In this document: piece after piece, positions 61,811 to 64,000 of the stretch | Position numbering within the stretch: the stretch's first letter is position 1 | Layout of the letters: each line of letters opens with the position of its first letter | DNA from: an uncultured Muribaculaceae bacterium | GTDB taxonomy: Bacteria > Bacillota_I > Bacilli_A > RF39 > UBA660 | Assembly: GCA_964587565.1 (NCBI GenBank) | Contig: CAZPLK010000001.1 | Span: 701-64,700, forward strand | Direction of reading: 5' to 3' | DNA: 64,000 nucleotides | Made by a program: the position numbers and the translations under genes | Notes under the pieces: generated by a model | What the model was told of the DNA's origin: nothing | Seen by the model: the letters and a program-made list of their open reading frames with translations, nothing else | The model's database searches: none

Positions 61811-64000
61811 ATGGAAATAAAAAATAAAAAACCTAAAATATATATATTAGCAGGCAAAGCAAGAACAGGAAAAGATACGGTAGCTCAAATAATAGGCGAA
61901 ATTTGTAGTGAACAAAAATTAAAACACATTAATTTGCAATACAGTTCATATCTTAAAGAAATGGCACAAAACATAAGTAATTGGGATGGGAGCGAAGAAA
62001 CAAAACCGCGTTCATTACTTCAATTTTTAGGAACAGATTTAATCAGAAAAGAAATTGATGAATTGTTTTTCATTAAAAAGATGTGTTCTGATATAAAGGT
62101 TTATTCAAAATTTTTTGATGTAATTACAATAAGTGATGCTAGATATAAAATTGAAATAGATATAATAAAAGAAAAATTTGATAATGTTTATTCCGTTTCA
62201 ATGGTTCGGCCAAACATCAAAACTACATTATCTAAAACAGAGCAACAGCATATATCAGAAATTGATTTAGATGATTATGATAAATATGATTATATTATTA
62301 ACAACGATGGTACTTTAAAAGATTTAGAAAAAAAAGTACAAGAAATTTTTAATAAAGACAATAAAAAAAACATTAAAATAACGCATAATGAAATGCGCCA
62401 GATGTGGTTTGAATTTTGGAAAACAAAAAACCACGACATTATTCCAAGTGCATCATTAATCCCAATTAATGATCCGACTTTATTATGGATTAATGCAGGG
62501 GTTACACCATTAAAAAAGTTTTTTGATGGTTCTGTTGTACCAAATAATAAAAGAATGGCTAGTAGTCAAAAGTGTATTAGAACAAACGATATAGAAAATG
62601 TTGGAAAAACAGCCCGACACGCAACATTTTTTGAAATGCTTGGAAATTTTTCTATTGGTGATTATTTTAAGGATGAGGCAATAAAATGGTCTTGGGAATT
62701 TTTAACAAGTAATAAATGGTTAGGATTTGATCCAAAAAGATTATATATAACGATTTATCCTACTGATGAAGAAGCCTTTAATGCATGGGTAAAAGTTGGG
62801 GTTGATTCAAATAGAATTATTAAAATGAAAGATAATTTTTGGGAAATAGGGCCGGGACCAAGTGGGCCGTGTAGTGAGATTTTTTATGATTTAGGACCAA
62901 ATTATGATCCTGATAATCTTGGTATTAAAATGTTAAAAGAAGATATTGAAAATGATCGATATATTGAAATATGGAACAATGTATTTAGCATGTATAACGC
63001 TAAGGATGGGATAAAGCGACAAGATTACGAAGAGTTACCAAGTAAAAATATAGATACTGGAATGGGGCTTGAAAGAATATTAACTATTTTACAAAATGTT
63101 GATAATATATATGAGACAGATTTATTTTACCCTGTAATAGAACAAGTAGAAAAACTTTGTAATAAAAAGTATGACGGTAGTGTTGCATTTAAAGTAATTG
63201 CTGATCATATTAGAACAATTACTTTTGCTCTTTCTGATGGCGCAAATTTTGGTAATACTGGACGTGACTATGTTTTAAGAAGATTATTAAGAAGAGCAAT
63301 TAGACATGGCAAAAACTTAAATATTACGGAACCATTTTTATATAAATTAGTACCGACTGTCGTACAAATTATGGAAGAACCTTTCCCTTATTTAAAAGAC
63401 CATGTAAAAAAAGTTTCAAATAAAGTCAAAAAAGAAGAACAATTATTTTTAAAAACTTTAATAGAAGGTGAAAAAAAATTAAATGAATTAATGGATTCTA
63501 GTCAAAGTAAACAAATAAGCGGTGAAGAAGCTTTTAAATTATATGATACATATGGTTTCCCATTTGAACTAACACAAGAAATAGCCCTAGAAAAAGGTTA
63601 TGAAGTATGTAAAAAAGAATTTGATTTAAGTATGGAAAAACAACAAGAAAGAGCACGACAAGCGCGCTTACAAATTAGTAGTATGAGTGTCCAAAATGAA
63701 GATTTAATTAATTTTCATGAAAAAAGTGAGTTTGTTGGTTTTGACAAAAGTTCAATTTCGACAAAAATTATCGGTTTATTCGATGGAAATAATTTAGTAC
63801 CAATTTTGGATAAAGAAGGTTATATAGCACTGGAAAAAACACCTTTTTATGCAGAATCAGGAGGGCAAATTTCTGATAGTGGAATAATTAAAATAAACGA
63901 CCAACAATTAGAAGTTTTAGAAGTGTTTAAAGCTCCTAATGGACAACATTTTCACTTTGTTCAATTTGAAGGTGAGTTAAAAACAGAAAAAATAGTAGAA
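61811..64000 (+). CDS. alaS: In-frame fusion of a T4-gp1-like dNMP kinase P-loop domain (about 190 aa) with alanyl-tRNA synthetase (3'-truncated by the window end)
   Basis: 'KIYILAGKARTGKDTVAQ' matches T4 dNMP kinase 'LIFLSGVKRSGKDTTADF'; 'RSLLQFLGTDLIRKEIDELFFIK' matches 'RRLMQALGTDLIVNNFDRMYWVK'; 'YIINNDGTLKDLEKKVQEIF' matches 'LVITNDGSLEELFSKIKNTL'. No stop before 'HNEMRQMWFEFW...SASLIPINDPTLLWINAGV', which is the AlaS N-terminus. The ORF is still open at 64000. Confidence 0.8.
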   Translation, partial: MEIKNKKPKIYILAGKARTGKDTVAQIIGEICSEQKLKHINLQYSSYLKEMAQNISNWDGSEETKPRSLLQFLGTDLIRKEIDELFFIKKMCSDIKVYSKFFDVITISDARYKIEIDIIKEKFDNVYSVSMVRPNIKTTLSKTEQQHISEIDLDDYDKYDYIINNDGTLKDLEKKVQEIFNKDNKKNIKITHNEMRQMWFEFWKTKNHDIIPSASLIPINDPTLLWINAGVTPLKKFFDGSVVPNNKRMASSQKCIRTNDIENVGKTARHATFFEMLGNFSIGDYFKDEAIKWSWEFLTSNKWLGFDPKRLYITIYPTDEEAFNAWVKVGVDSNRIIKMKDNFWEIGPGPSGPCSEIFYDLGPNYDPDNLGIKMLKEDIENDRYIEIWNNVFSMYNAKDGIKRQDYEELPSKNIDTGMGLERILTILQNVDNIYETDLFYPVIEQVEKLCNKKYDGSVAFKVIADHIRTITFALSDGANFGNTGRDYVLRRLLRRAIRHGKNLNITEPFLYKLVPTVVQIMEEPFPYLKDHVKKVSNKVKKEEQLFLKTLIEGEKKLNELMDSSQSKQISGEEAFKLYDTYGFPFELTQEIALEKGYEVCKKEFDLSMEKQQERARQARLQISSMSVQNEDLINFHEKSEFVGFDKSSISTKIIGLFDGNNLVPILDKEGYIALEKTPFYAESGGQISDSGIIKINDQQLEVLEVFKAPNGQHFHFVQFEGELKTEKIVE

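Overview
The window is AT-rich (roughly 27-30% GC by eye) and comes from an endospore-forming Firmicute of Clostridia type. That inference rests on spo0A, two alpha/beta-type SASP genes, dacB-spmA-spmB, and a compact gene arrangement with many 4-nt overlaps. No rRNA, tRNA, CRISPR array, transposase or integrase was seen.

Two regions stand out.

(1) Positions 1-17504 form an accessory locus of surface/secreted-protein genes in two forward operons plus one reverse gene.
- At least seven paralogs of the TasA/camelysin family, whose SipW-cognate signal peptides give 'AWF/AYS/FAKYVAD/LKPGDK' N-termini.
- A 1224-aa anchored beta-helix surface protein.
- Three SipW-type (archaeal-type S26) signal-peptidase paralogs.

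The second operon (9976-16834) has its own promoter and terminators and encodes, tightly coupled:
- A SipW peptidase fused to a 4x tandem-repeat linker and a roughly 450-aa cytoplasmic domain that resembles a degenerate EAL domain.
- A membrane-anchored McrB-like AAA+ GTPase, whose Walker A, 'FVEPSW' and 'ILDEMNIARV..EMLSILE' blocks align well with E. coli McrB.
- A 377-aa cytoplasmic partner with no nuclease motif.
- A canonical SipW and a 412-aa TasA-like protein.

I know of no described system combining a McrB-family NTPase with SipW/TasA-type fibre or matrix proteins. This is the main candidate for a new assembly or regulatory module; alternatively it is an embedded defence module.

(2) Positions 17999-64000 are core housekeeping genes with several oddities:
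- tyrS has no canonical T-box but does have a coupled 60-aa upstream ORF.
- A pseudopilin-LamG gene and a GT4 glycosyltransferase sit inside the gap-pgk-tpi operon, and spo0A plus dagK lie between tpi and gpmI.
- pepF lies between dnaK and dnaJ.
- A T4-gp1-like dNMP kinase domain is fused in-frame to the N-terminus of alaS.
- A degenerate GGDEF-EAL protein follows dacB-spmAB-rluB.

Other housekeeping genes identified: rpsD, ezrA, thiI, clpP, a TGS/uridine-kinase-like protein, dusB, lysS, ackA, a DHH phosphoesterase, ferredoxin, a heterodimeric ABC exporter, hrcA-grpE-dnaK-dnaJ, frr and an M23 peptidase.
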